This document shows positions 26,075-38,551 of a stretch of DNA of 64,000 bases, piece by piece. The notes below the pieces were generated by a model that was given only the letters and a program-made list of their open reading frames with translations, was not told the DNA's origin and did not search any database. Made by a program: the position numbers and the translations under genes. Source of the stretch: Lingula anatina (lineage: Eukaryota > Animalia > Brachiopoda); contig CM120648.1 of NCBI GenBank assembly GCA_051362555.1, positions 12,830,587 to 12,894,586 on the forward strand, given 5' to 3'. Each line of letters begins with the position of its first letter. The stretch's first letter is position 1.

Positions 26075-27840
26075 TTAACTTCGCTGTAAGCGCCCTGAGA
26101 GGAAGTGCCTATGAGCACTACCCTCTACCAGGGCCGCAGTTATTCTTTTGTGGACATTTTTGCTGGGGCGTTACAGTACCGAGCTTAGCCATCTATTAAA
26201 GAGCCATATATCTGTGAATATGTGATAAAAATCAATCTGTTGCCCTGACAGAGGGTACATGAGCATATAGTTGGGGCCTTTAACACCAGCTGCGAAGGCA
26301 GACACCGACCTCCCGCTTTAGAAGTCCCAATTTTGCCGTTTCCCCAATTTCATCAAATCTACCGTAGTTAAAAGAGTGATCAGTCTAACTTGTTGCACTT
26401 ATAGACCTAAATTTGCCAGGCTAGGTGCCCAGGCCTCATTGAACCATTTCAATCAAATTGAAATAATTTACGTAATTTCAAAATTATTTCAGGTTTAGCG
26501 ATGAGTGTAATTTTCAGTAGTGTATGTACCTGTATGCGTGTTGAATAACTCTCACGTGACTAAGGAAACTCGAAAATCAATGCATTTGAACTCCTATTTA
26601 CGTTTTTTTATAGGGACAGTTGTCGGTTTCCCACAATTTTGTACACTAACTCGATACTTTCGACTAATAACCCTGACATTCTGACATCATCAAATACCAT
26701 ATAGATCCAGGACTACAATTCCTGGGACTAGAATTCCTGTCACAGCGATTCTTAACGTTAGTCTGACTCCACGGCTTTATTACTGTGAGATAAGACAGGT
26801 GAATGAATTTTACCTTATTCACCGCGTTGTCAACGGCAAGGCTGATCGCCCCTTTCAGAATTGTGCAACGTGAGTGTACAAAATCGACAACTGTCCCTAG
26901 AAGATTTCCACTCCTGTCATATCGCCATCAAAGGAACACCAAAACAGTAACAGAACAGAATGGTGGATATCCTTCAGAAAGCTTGTCAAACTATCGATTT
27001 TCATATCAAAATACACAAGGTGAGAGTTTGCTACATGAACATAAATATCAGTCTTTGCAAAATGTACTCCTTATGTAAGGTCTAGAAGTTTGCCACGTGC
27101 TCCAAACTCGGAAGTTGCCGATGCCCCTCATAGGTGAGGCTAAGCTGTTACATTGGGCATTTATTATTTACCTGTAAGATATGCATACCTGATGTGAACA
27201 TCAAGCTTAGGTCTAATTTGGCATATGCTGAAAACCACAAGTTTAAACCTTTAGCTGTAGTCGCTGCAAGTATTCCAATCGCTGACAATAGTAAAATTGC
27301 GTTTTAGCACAAACTGGAGTCAAAAAATTTAAATCACTTCGGGTAGCAGGCCAGCATTTGTAAATCGTAAAGTTCAAACTAGTCCCGTTTTGAATTATGA
27401 ATATAATTCAGAGGTAAAGATCTCACTGTTTTTTTTTTTTTTTTTTTTTCAAAAAAAAAAAAAAAAAAAAAAAAATCATATTTACATAAAAATAAAGATT
27501 AATATGAAGATCTAATTGAGTTCGAAACAAAACCCATACATCGCAATTTATTTAAGTAGTAGGAAAAAAGTGTCTCGGAAACGCGCGTGCTTTTTTTTTG
27601 GTATTTGATTTGGATTGGTTATGTCTTTCTGTATGTTCTGGTGCTTAAAAGTTATTTCAGCTAGTCATTTTCGTTTTTTTTTTGTCTCGACGAAAGGTGT
27701 GCATAATACTATTCGTAGCTTTTCTTCAGTGACAAGGTTTGCTTTTACCAGGACATCAACATACGGTACAGCAGGAATTATATGTTTGTTTGTTTGTTAA
27801 TTTAAATATTTTTTTCTCTTTGCACCCAGCCCCATGAAGT

Positions 27841-28985
27841 TAGTCTAAGAAAAAAAAAAAAGGTTTATCCCAGGACTAGTTGCCAAAAAATTGTAGTATG
27901 TTTTTTTTAGTCTCTGAGTGGTCCATATGATCATATTAAAAATCTAGAAAAATCCAAGTAGTGGGGCAGGTATTTTTTGGTGAATATCCAAAATGGCCGC
28001 CAGCACAGAGATCTACAGTTAGTAGGTGCAAATTTGCTCCAGGTGGTTAAAAAAAAACTTGTTAAAATGGTACAAAATGCATAAAGGGATGTTGTGCCAC
28101 TTCTCTCCAAATAACTCAAATGCAGATATCCTCAACAATATGCAAAATGGCCGCCAAAACTAAAATGGTGTCTACAAATTACCAAATTTGATGTAAAATA
28201 TAAAAAAAAAATAAGCTCAAAAGTACATTTATGGTCTTTTACCACTTTCTGTTGTAGCATTAGATTGGCCAGGACATAAACACTTAAATAAAATTATTTT
28301 AAAGGTGCTCTTTATCCAATTCATGCACCAAAATAAACTTGCCTGAGGTAAACGACATTATTTCCTACTTAAAATGTATTCCAAACCTGTCCCTACACTT
28401 AATTCAATGTCTTGAATCCATTTGAATCTTAGTTATAAATAACTGACCAGTCAATTAGAACCTAACTGCCTCACCAGGGATGACCTAGGTTTCACTTCAA
28501 ACACAAGAAAATGACGTTGCGAGCAATTATGGCTTCGGGACAAGGCTCAGAAGATTATGATCATATGGTGTGCGCTTCAGATAAACTTCTTTATTTAAAT
28601 GAAATATGGAGGTCTGCATCACCTGGAACTTGGATTACTTCAACTCCAGCACCTTCCAACTTCTCTCCAAGCAAATAAATGAACCTGTTTGTTTTCTTTG
28701 TTGATAAGAATTTTTTCTTTTCTACTCTGCAGCTTCGTCTCATCTGTGAAGACGATAGCTGTGCTCATACTGTTAATTGGATCTTACTAGTGGTGCAGAA
28801 CCATAGCTCAGTAGAGGGGACATCCAAGATGATCCCTTTATAATGCTACACTATAGCTCTCCTATATCTCCCTGGTGTATAAGAGATTCAAACAGTCCAG
28901 TGTGTGAGGAAGGAGTGCCACACCATCTAAAATGTACTGGACTTCACCTTCACTCTCAAGCCCATCTGACAACATTGCCTGCTCT
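27841..28985 (-). mobile_element. Academ-like (XPG/PIN nuclease-bearing) DNA transposon relic
   Basis: Minus strand VQYILDGVALL (28943-28911) and TAIVFTDETKLQSRKKKFLSTKKTNRFIYLLGEKLEGAGVEVIQVPGDADLHIS (28762-28600) match the DGGALL...FL.N..NK.RFI.LL...GDAD pattern I associate with AcademX XPG domains. There is a TAG-(A)n type terminus at 27841. Confidence 0.55.
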
Positions 28986-29435
28986 AATAATGTAGAAATA
29001 AACGTATAAATAGCAATGCTGTGCGTTCAACTAATAGTAGCTATGGAAATATAAAACATTTATTACATACAAGTATAAAGCCATCCACATGAAAGATGGA
29101 TGAAACCGTTCAACTCAGAGGCGGATCCAGGATTATTCGGTAGGGGCGGGGGGGGGGGGGGGGTCCGCGTATGCGAAGTTAGCCTCCTTTTAAATGAATA
29201 TACCGTTTTGGGTAAATACGAATATTGAAACTTTATTAAATCGCAAAAATATTTTTGACTTAAATGTTGATTTTATTATTAATGGGAATTAAGCTGCGAT
29301 GTGCGGTGCATATGCTGTGTCCTTCATCTGTTGCGTTAGTCTGCATTTTGCTGTACCAGTACGTGCTGGGAATTTTAATAATCTGTGCGTACAATTTATA
29401 AAGGTCTGGTTACGTTCCTGGTATGATACTGGCGA

Positions 29436-29512
29436 TAGTGTCTTTTCAATTTAATAGACGATGCTTGACCTCTGTGGAAATCACAGTGAAACATGAGATT
29501 TAAGGGGGCACT
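29436..29512 (+). promoter_or_regulatory. Tc1-end-derived proximal promoter segment of gene 4 containing TGACCT (nuclear receptor half-site)
   Basis: Matches the Tc1 arm at 6435-6510 and the reverse complement of 5251-5308. TGACCT is at 29466-29471, ~155 bp before the ATG. The same segment is upstream of gene 5 (43687-43763). Regulatory function is inferred only. Confidence 0.45.
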
Positions 29513-29623
29513 AGTAGAGCGAGAAATCAGCACTCCCATCACAGTTCTTACACTGCGCTGGTATAGAGATTGTAACACTAGACGTCATCATCACGCACTG
29601 CTGCCAAAACTGCTCTGCCCAAA

Positions 29624-32600
29624 ATGGCCAACGTCGAGCAGAGTTTTATCGCTTTTTTCTCCAATCTTGTTCAGCCTACTGTTTTGATATTCGTGGTAGT
29701 GTTGTTGTTAAGTCTGTGGATTCTGTCGTCGAGGAATCCTCGGGTGAACTGGCCGCCCGGACCTCTCTGTTTCCCCGTGGTGGGGTGTCTCCCACAGATG
29801 ATGATCAGCGGTAGGAGACGACAACCGACAGATCTTCTTCCATGGTATGATAAATATGGAGATATCATGCACGTCAAACTTGGTGAACAACACATGATAA
29901 TGCTGGGTACTTATGAGCTAATCCAAGAGGCTTTCGTGAAGAACGCAACCACAGTCAGCGCTAGACCTACTTGGATATATCTTTTAAGATATATAGTCGG
30001 GAGGGACGGTAATGTAGTGATTTGAAAATTTCCAAATAGTATTGTCTATGCTAACAAATAGGCACATAGAAAATGCGCACAATAGCGAAGCAACTTTGTT
30101 TTAGTGAGTTGACATACTAGAAAGAGGCAAGAAAAAACGATATACTGGTCTTTTTCTAAAATATTTTGGCTCATTATCTGGGTCTTGTGGCATGTTTGAG
30201 TAGAATCCCGCAAGGGTTAATGTACCCATAGGATAAAAAATAAAATACAGACTACCAGCTGTCAAATTTAAAGTGAGCTTCCATTCAACTTGGTTAAATT
30301 TAATCTGCAGGGGCTGGAGTTATATTTAAATCCGGGCACGAATGGAAAGAGCTCAGGAGATTCACACTCTCGTCTCTTCGAGATCTCGGCCTCGGGAGAA
30401 AAAGTTTACAAGAGAGAATTCAGGATGAGGCAAGGTACTTGGTGCAAAACATTGAAAATGAAAATGGAAAGACTTTTTCTCCAAAGGAAAGGATTGGGAA
30501 CGCCGTCAGCAACATTATTTCTACCATTGTGTTTGGAGCTAGGTAAGCGAAAACCTTTCTACATATTCGTAGTGTCCAGTCATTACATATGGATAAATAC
30601 TGTTTTTACCTTTTATTGTATATGAACTCATTAGAGTGGGTTTGAATAAACTACTCGAAAAAGATGTTAAACCAGAGGCAAAAATTAAGGCTGAAAGGTA
30701 GTTGACGTTGGTTTATGTAAGCATAACTTTGATAGATATATTTATGGATAAAGAGAGTTCTGCCTTTCATTGTACAGACTTGACATTTTTTTCAGTTTCA
30801 AAGGTATACCTCGGTAAAAATGCGTTCTTTTTTCAAAAAACTCAAATCTCATATAAAATATCTGACTAAAGATGTGTTTAGTCAGGTGTGTCGCTACCAA
30901 TTAACTGACTACTATGTCTGTTGTACTGTTGCATTGTGTTATATGCAGGAATTTAATTGGGCAGTGCTCCTTTGGGCCAGCCAAATCGTGCCTTAGGCGA
31001 AGCATGGTTCTGTTTAAAAAAGTATCCATATGTCGGTAACTGCTGGATCTAAGAATTTGAATTTTTGCATGCAAGCGGCCAGTTTTGCAGTGCGTAAAAT
31101 GAGTTAAGCATTGTTTTACAAAATTGTTAATTTATGGCAAAATGGAGCGAAAAAGACAGGCATTGCTAGACAAATAATTGTGTCACACGGAATGGTCCGT
31201 ACATTTTTATAGAGTTATGCCAAATCTGATGTACCTACACAGAGGTCACGCCCAATGTATCGAAATCTTAGCACTGGGATACAGGAATCACTGTCCTTCC
31301 GGATATTCTGCTGCAACTAAACAAAACCCACCCAGTCCGTTCAGAATGAGGGGTAAATTGTCACCAAAACGAGTTTTTCAAGGCTCTTAGGAAACACAAA
31401 ACTGGTTACAGCAGGTGAAGATACCAGACAACCTCTGAAGAAGCCTCTGTAAACAGCAAAACAGCGTCGTCTGTATCTCTAATGAATTGGGGACAATGAC
31501 CGTTTCTGGGTAGAAGGATGAGATTCCTGGTTCACACAGAGTGCTTTTAACAGAAACAAGGAAATGAGCAGCTACCTTGGTCATCAAAATCGCCATTTTT
31601 GAACCACATAGACAATATGTAAGTAGGTCATTGCTCGCCGATTCAACGACCTGTATGTCCTACAACAAAACTAATCCAAATTGAACACGTTTTGACCGTT
31701 GCCTGGAGTTTTATTTCAGATTAAACTCTAAAAACCTATCCCAGGGAATGCCTTGCCTCTAGAAAGCTCTGGTAGCGGCCAGATGAAGTCGGGCATAACA
31801 GCGACTGTTGCTGTGACATAAGGGTCCATGTGGGGCGTGTAACTCTTTTAAAGACGATAATTTGGAAAATATGGAGATCCAAAATATCGCTTCCAATAGT
31901 TGTCGTATGACTAAGAATAGGCAATGTATTTTTGTTTGCTTCACTGGTGAATTCAATTAATGAACTGAGGTCACAATGACATCAAAGAGATTAATTAAAG
32001 TTATTAAAACACGATTACTCAGCAAAACAGGAAATAAACTGATGAATTATGATTTGGGAAAAAATATTCCATATAAATGTCAAGTCTGTATATGAACACA
32101 AACGAGTGGATTTGCTTAAAATACTTTAAAACGATGTTAAACCTGGGGCAAAATGTAGGGCTGAAAGGTAGCTGACGGCAACCATAATATTGATAGATTT
32201 TTTGCAGGAGGCATTCCAAAGTACGAGAAACCATCGAGCAATTATGTACTTTTATTTTAAACAAATTACTCCACCGTGTTGAAATGTCTCAATAATTTTA
32301 TGTATATTATCTTGATAATTCAAATAGCTACAGTTCAGTTATACTTTGTATTTGAAAAGTGACCTTTTGCTCAAAATAATTTCAGATATGACTATAGAGA
32401 GACCCCAGAAATGCTGTCGGTTTTAGAACAATCTTTGAGAATTGGCCAGGGATCACTGACCCTAACTGACTTGGCGCGTTTCTTTTTACCGGTATAAAAT
32501 TGAATGATTTGTTACATTTATCTTTGTAAAGGTTTTAATTTTAATATTTATATTGTCACAAAATGTAACATTTTGTCGTTGGAAGTTATTTTGTTTCAAC

Positions 32601-34303
32601 TTTCATTCACGATTTGAGCATTGTAATTATATTAAAAATTTATATAAAAAAGTTAATTTTGCTTAGATTAATCTCTTCCAGCTAGAAAAGATATTGGCTC
32701 TTAGTGACAAGCTTTATAGTTTGATACGACAAGAAGTCGAAAGACACCGCCAGTCCTTTGATCCAACTGACATCCGGGACTTTGTTGACCTCTTCATAAA
32801 GGTCATCCAAGATGGACATGATCCCGAGGTCTACACAGGTCTGTGTCAAAGAACCTGAACATCCAACCATCGCTTATTTTAATTTAAGAGACGATTGTTA
32901 AAACACTTGGGCGAAATAACCCGATCAACTAATCGATAAGTAGCAGTCACCTAGCTACTTTAATTGTGTATATGAATACACGAGTACAATCAGACATACA
33001 CATCCGAGCACGTGGTTTAGTTAATTTGGTCGTGAGTAAGAGTTCACGTACACCCACCCCGACCGCCTTAAAATATTCAATTGATATGAATTTCAGAATG
33101 GAACGTATTCCGCATCATCGTTGATCTATATTTTGCTGGAACGGAAACAACAGCTAATACTTTGAGATGGTCCCTGATTCATATGGTAAATCATCCGGAC
33201 GTTCAGAAGAGGGTGCAGCGGGAAATTGATCAGGTGACAACGTAAACAACGTAACGACGTAAAAATGAGAGCGAGATTACCAGTAGAGGAGTTGTCTTAC
33301 TATTATATTATGCAACTGAGAAAATTCTATCCAAGCAATAAATCATGATACCAGCGAAGGTACGATCTACCGGGTATAGTTATTTTTGATAAATATATTT
33401 ATTTTAAGGTCATAGGTCAAGGTCGTGTCGCCAATATGGAGGACAAGGCCAGGATGCCGTTCACGGAAGCAACCATACTGGAGGTCCTTCGTATGTCCCC
33501 TGTTGGTCAGTAAATTTTGCCATTTCACCAAAATAATAAAAAAAATATTCATTACGAAGACAGTGCATTACTAAGAAACGTGTTTGTAATAAAAATCTTG
33601 TTTGAAAAAGTACAGTTATTCGCATAATTAAGAAATTTAAGCATACTCAATGAGCCGAGTGCGTCTGGTGCCTTTGTGATAAAAGAAAACTTTCCTGGTA
33701 TTTCACCTGCAAAAGATCCATTATTCGTTTGTTTAAGTTAAAACATCTATTTTCTTCCATGCCATCAGCCCCGCTTGGAGTTCCCCATGCCACCAGTGAA
33801 ACTACAATTTTGGCGGGATACACCATTCCCAAGGACACCATGATAGTGGCAGATTTCTACCGTATTCTTCACGATGAAAATAACTTCCAAGATCCTTACA
33901 AGTTCAAACCAGAAAGATGGCTGGATGGCGACGCTAAAGTGACCAAGTCGGACAAAATGATACCATTTTCCATCGGTACGTTGCTTTACGTTAGACCTAG
34001 TATACCGCACATCAGCAACGATGTTGAAATCACTCAAGAATTGTGTAGATGTGCTGCCAAAGTGCACATGTATAGTTGTAGCAGTCAGAGACCGAAATAT
34101 GATGAGCAAGTCAAGCCCTGTTGAGGGGGGATGCAAGGGGTCGAAGTAATCCCCAAAGTCCGGTGTCATTCTTGAAATAAATTAGTTTCATTTCATTCGA
34201 AGCATTCACGTTGTCTACCTACACCAAGTAGAACTAGTGTAAAAAAAGTTAAGGTAAAAGTATGAAATGCTTATATAATTTTACTTTATTTAATCATTTT
34301 ACT

Positions 34304-34338
<35 letters not shown>

Positions 34339-34526
34339 TTTCAGGACCCCGCGTTTGCCTGGGAAAGGGACTGGCTGAAATGGAATTATTCATTTTCTTG
34401 ACCACGTTGCTTCAGAATTTTACCTTCAAGATACCAGATGGCGAGAAACCACCCGATGGAGTGGAAGGTTCCTACGCTGACACTTTTGCACCACACGTCT
34501 ATAACGTGTGCGCCGTTAGACGTTAG
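29624..34526 (+). CDS. Cytochrome P450, clan 2 (CYP2-like), gene 4; 8 exons, 500 aa
   Basis: Exons 29624-30008, 30311-30542, 32386-32491, 32682-32838, 33097-33233, 33409-33505, 33769-33975, 34345-34526. Introns are GT-AG. Motifs AGTETT, EVLR, KPERW, PFSIGPRVCLG. Confidence 0.93.
30775..32088. mobile_element. Non-autonomous TA-target DNA transposon (Tc1/pogo-type ends) in gene 4 intron 2
   Basis: 14-bp TIR CAGACTTGACATTT / AAATGTCAAGTCTG with a TA duplication. Joining the flanks regenerates cctttcattgtatatgaac, the empty site seen in gene 3 intron 2 (~22015-22033). Confidence 0.82.
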
Positions 34527-34575
34527 AAAGTGTGCGCCGTTAGACGTTAGAAAGTGTGCGCCGTTAGACGTTAGA
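34506..34575 (+). repeat. 24-bp unit x3 spanning the gene 4 stop codon
   Basis: GTGTGCGCCGTTAGACGTTAGAAA starts at 34506, 34530 and 34554 (last copy partial). Confidence 0.92.
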
Positions 34576-35247
34576 TTGAAGACGCACAGCTCAAACATGC
34601 ATGCAAAACAGCATTCATTATATTTAAAGATGCATATTGAGGCAGTACTTATTATATAATTTGCCTCTTGATTTCTTCCCTTGTGATGTGAACACTGAAT
34701 TGAGTGTATACGTTGATAACACTATGCATATTGGCTTGCAGTCAGAAGGCCATATTCTATACCTACTTTTTAAAACAGACTTTCGAAAAGACTGTCATTT
34801 ATCGTTTCCATTCTTATGTAGGGCATCTGGAGGAATTTTTAAATGCTGTCTCGTTCCTATCACTATTCTCTTAAAGTAAGGGTACACCCCTAATTGTTGG
34901 ACTTTGCCAAGGTTTCTTTAAATGTGGTTTATTTTATCTACCTGCGTTACCTATTCATATCAGACCTTCGGAATTGAACCGCAAGTCAACCTTATGAATC
35001 GGCAATTTTCAATCTTTATCGTCAAACAAGGTAATGATAATACTAGTATCAAATATTGTAGTTAATAGGTTTTGAGTGCATGAAAGAAGAAAGTGAGGGG
35101 TAAATAGGAAGAAGTGAATAGCATTGTATTGTAGATTGTAAGTTGCATTTCTTAAGTTTAATTTAAAAAAATTATAATAATATCAAACATTAGCAATTTT
35201 CATTATTATTACATTTTCTATGTTGAAAGTAAGCTGTAGTAACACTA

Positions 35248-35512
35248 CAGGGGCGGATCCAGGATTATTTGAAGGGGGGTCCGCGGATGGGAAGCCGACC
35301 CTCCCTCTCCACCCCCACCCCCTTTGGCGTGGGGCCAGGGGCCCGCTGAAGGTCCTTGAAAATTTTTGATGTTTTAGAGGACGAACGGTGCCATTTGGTT
35401 TAGAAGTATGATTCAGCTATTCAAAATTCTAATTTCAAGAGGTGTGAATTTTTTGGGAAATGGAAAGGGGGGGGGTTAGGCCCCCCTAACCCTCCCTCTA
35501 AATCCGCCACTG
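35248..35512. mobile_element. MITE CAGGGGCGGATCC...ATCCGCCACTG
   Basis: TIRs. It is absent from the paralogous gene 3 flank (~25262). Confidence 0.72.
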
Positions 35513-36545
35513 CAGTGTTTTTATTTTCAGTGGTAGAAATGTTTGTCAAGTCAGTAGGCTATCATGGACCGACAGACCTTCTTTCTCGATGTTACAGTGA
35601 TCGATTTCTTTAATAAAATCAAACTTATTCTGTATTTTTGTTTTTTTAAATCCTTAATTTTATTATCAGGTTGAAGGTGATAACTGTTTTATTAACTGTG
35701 GAACCCAAAACTAGATATCTGTATGAAATTTCGTGGTTTTCTCTCTTCGTTTCCACCATAAATTTGCGGAATAAGGGCAAATATCTCCACATAAGTCAAC
35801 AGTAGACTTCACTGTTTGTTCCCTGCGAGGAAGTGCCTGGCATGAGCACTACTCTCTACCAGGACTGCAGTTATTCTTCTGTGGACATTTTGCTGAGGCG
35901 TCACCGTACAGAGATTGCCTATCTATTTAACCAGAGATATATCTGTGAATATGTAATGAAAAATCAATCCGTTGCCCTGATAGAGGGTACATGAGCATAT
36001 AGTTGGGGCCGTTAAGACCAGCTGCGCTGCCGAGGATGCAACCGAAGGCAGCCACCGACCTCCCGCTTTAGATGTCCCCTCTATTTTTTTCCGTTTCCCC
36101 AACTTCATCAAATCTAGTTAACAGAGTGATCAATCTAACTTGTGGCACGTATAGACCTAAATTTGCCAGGCCAGGTGCTTAGGCCTCATTGAACTATTTT
36201 AATTAAATTAAAACAACTTACGCAATTTCAAAATTATTTCAGGTTTTGCGGTAAGCGTAATTTTAAATCGTGTATGTACCTGTATGCGTGGCGAATAACT
36301 CTCACGTGACTAAGGAAACTCGAAAATCTATGCATTTGAACTCTTATTTGCGTTTTTTATATGCTCTATACCGTATGGACTAAAGATGTATTCATAGATA
36401 ACTGTGAAACAGCGGCCAGTTAGCGAATTAATTACGTTAAGAGAGATTCAGATCTTTATATCACTTCTCACCTCCTCAAGTTGCACACTTCTGAAAGGGG
36501 CAACCAGCCTCGCCGGTGACAGAGCTGGGCATAAGGTAAGATTAA

Positions 36546-36883
36546 AGGGATAATAACTCTTCGTTTTGGCCAAAAAATGAATTTTCCTGGAGTAAACAAC
36601 AATTTTCCCATACTTACCAATGGTTAATGAATCCATTTTTACATTCAAAGTTAGTCCCTGTTTTTTTTCTAAAAAGTTTGTTTTTTTTGTTAAAATCTCT
36701 TAAGAGATTATAACAGAGTATAGCCATCAATGGAGGTCACGTGGTCTAAAGACAAGCTCAGATATCAGAATAATAGCTATAACTGCTGTTTTTGTCGTAA
36801 AACAGAATATATTATATTTCTTTGAGTTATTCACAATTTTTTTATTGTGAAATATAGATTTCATACGAAGAGTTATTATCCCT
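36546..36883. mobile_element. TTAA-target MITE (Kolobok/piggyBac-type)
   Basis: TIR AGGGATAATAACTCTTCGT with a TTAA duplication. The empty paralogous site is at ~48180 (ggtaagattcatctg). Confidence 0.82.
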
Positions 36884-38551
36884 TTAATCTGCAAGTCTAC
36901 AAGTAACGCAGCCCTGAAGTCACACACCGCTGTGACAGGAATTCTAGTCCCAGGAACAGTAGTCCTGGATCCCATATGGTTATTTAATAACGTCAGGATG
37001 TCATTTTTTTTAGTAAAAAGTATCCAGTCAGTGTATGGCGGCGAATGTTACCTGTGCACAGTAATGGGAAACGTACGACTGCATCTAGAAGACTGTCACT
37101 CTCGTAATATCGTCATTAAAGGAAAACAAAAACAGTGACAGAGATGAATGGTGGTTGTCCTTCAGAATACTTGTCCAACTATTGATTTACGTATCAAAGC
37201 ACACAAAGTAGGTGTTTAATACGTGAATATCAATCTTTGAAAAATGTACTCTTTTTGCTAGGTCTGGAAGTTAATGAGCAACGCGGGCACGTGCTGTAAA
37301 TGCGCTATTCACCGATGCCGTCTCATAGATGAGGCTGAGCTGTTAGATTGAGCTTTCATTATTTACCTGTAAGATAAGCATACCTGATGTAAACGAGCTA
37401 TGGTCTAATTTGGTAGATGCTGAAAACCATAAGTTTAAACCTTTAGCTGTAGTCTCTGCCAGTATTCCAATCGTTGACACTGATACAATATTGTGTTTTT
37501 GCACAAACTGGAGTCAAGAATCGCGCCAGGTAGCAAGCCCGCATTTGTAAATCGTAAAGTTCAAACTAGCCCCGTTTTGAACTACAGGTATGAATATTAT
37601 TCAGAGGTATAGATTTCACTGTTATTTTAAAAAAAGGGGGAAAATCACATTTACATAAAATTTAAGATTAACATGAAGATCGAATTGAGTTCGAAACAAA
37701 ACACATGCATTGAAAATTTAGTTAAAGTACATGTAATAGGAATAAAGTGTTTAGGATTCGCTCAGGCTTGTATTTTGGTATTTTAGTTGGATTGGTTAAA
37801 AGTTATTTCAGCTAGTCATTTTTTTGTCTCGACGAAAGGTGTACATATATAGTTACATTCGTCACTTTTCTTCCGTGACAAGGTTTGCTTTTACCAGGAC
37901 ATCAACATACGGTACGACAAGAATTATAATTCTGAGTGTCCTCCAACTTAGATGTTACAGTCACAATACTAAAAGTGCTATTATGATAAAAATGAGACAT
38001 ATCAATAAAATTAAAGTTGCTTTTAAACAATAAAAGCTTGCTAAATGCGAACAACGCACCATGTATCAAGCAGTTTTTATTCGTATAGATCCCAGTATTC
38101 TCATTGGCAATATTTAATCTTTAAACTTAAAATTATTAATATTGTATTATGATTATTAATAAGCTATTAATCTTTTATTTTATAACTAAGTTTTAATTTG
38201 TCATTTTAAATATTTATTAATTCTAATATTTATTTATTTTAAATTGTAATTTTACAGCTCTTTAATTAAAAACAATTACACGGTACAATGAAATTTTAAT
38301 GGAATCCGCCATGTAAGAATAAATGATTAATTATCATTACTATTATCATAACGTAAATGTAAAATCACAAGCAGGGTCTCAACCGCATTTTGACTTTGAG
38401 TTCGAAATTATTGCATAGATGATAGGCATAAGCAGTTGTAAAGCAGCCCTTTAAAGTGGCGTGTAAAATGTTTTGTCAGAAGAAAATAAACAATAAACAA
38501 GTGTATAGCACAATAAACGGCGCTTTCTCGTTTTGGCCCGTTTTTTTCATT

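Larger units (their letters stand above)
21691..27780. repeat. Segmental duplication, copy A (gene 3 body + ~3 kb of 3' flank); copy B at ~30311-37925
   Basis: Introns 2-7 and the downstream non-coding DNA of genes 3 and 4 align throughout (e.g. 23085-23195 vs 32975-33096; 27130-27560 vs 37315-37720). Confidence 0.85.
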
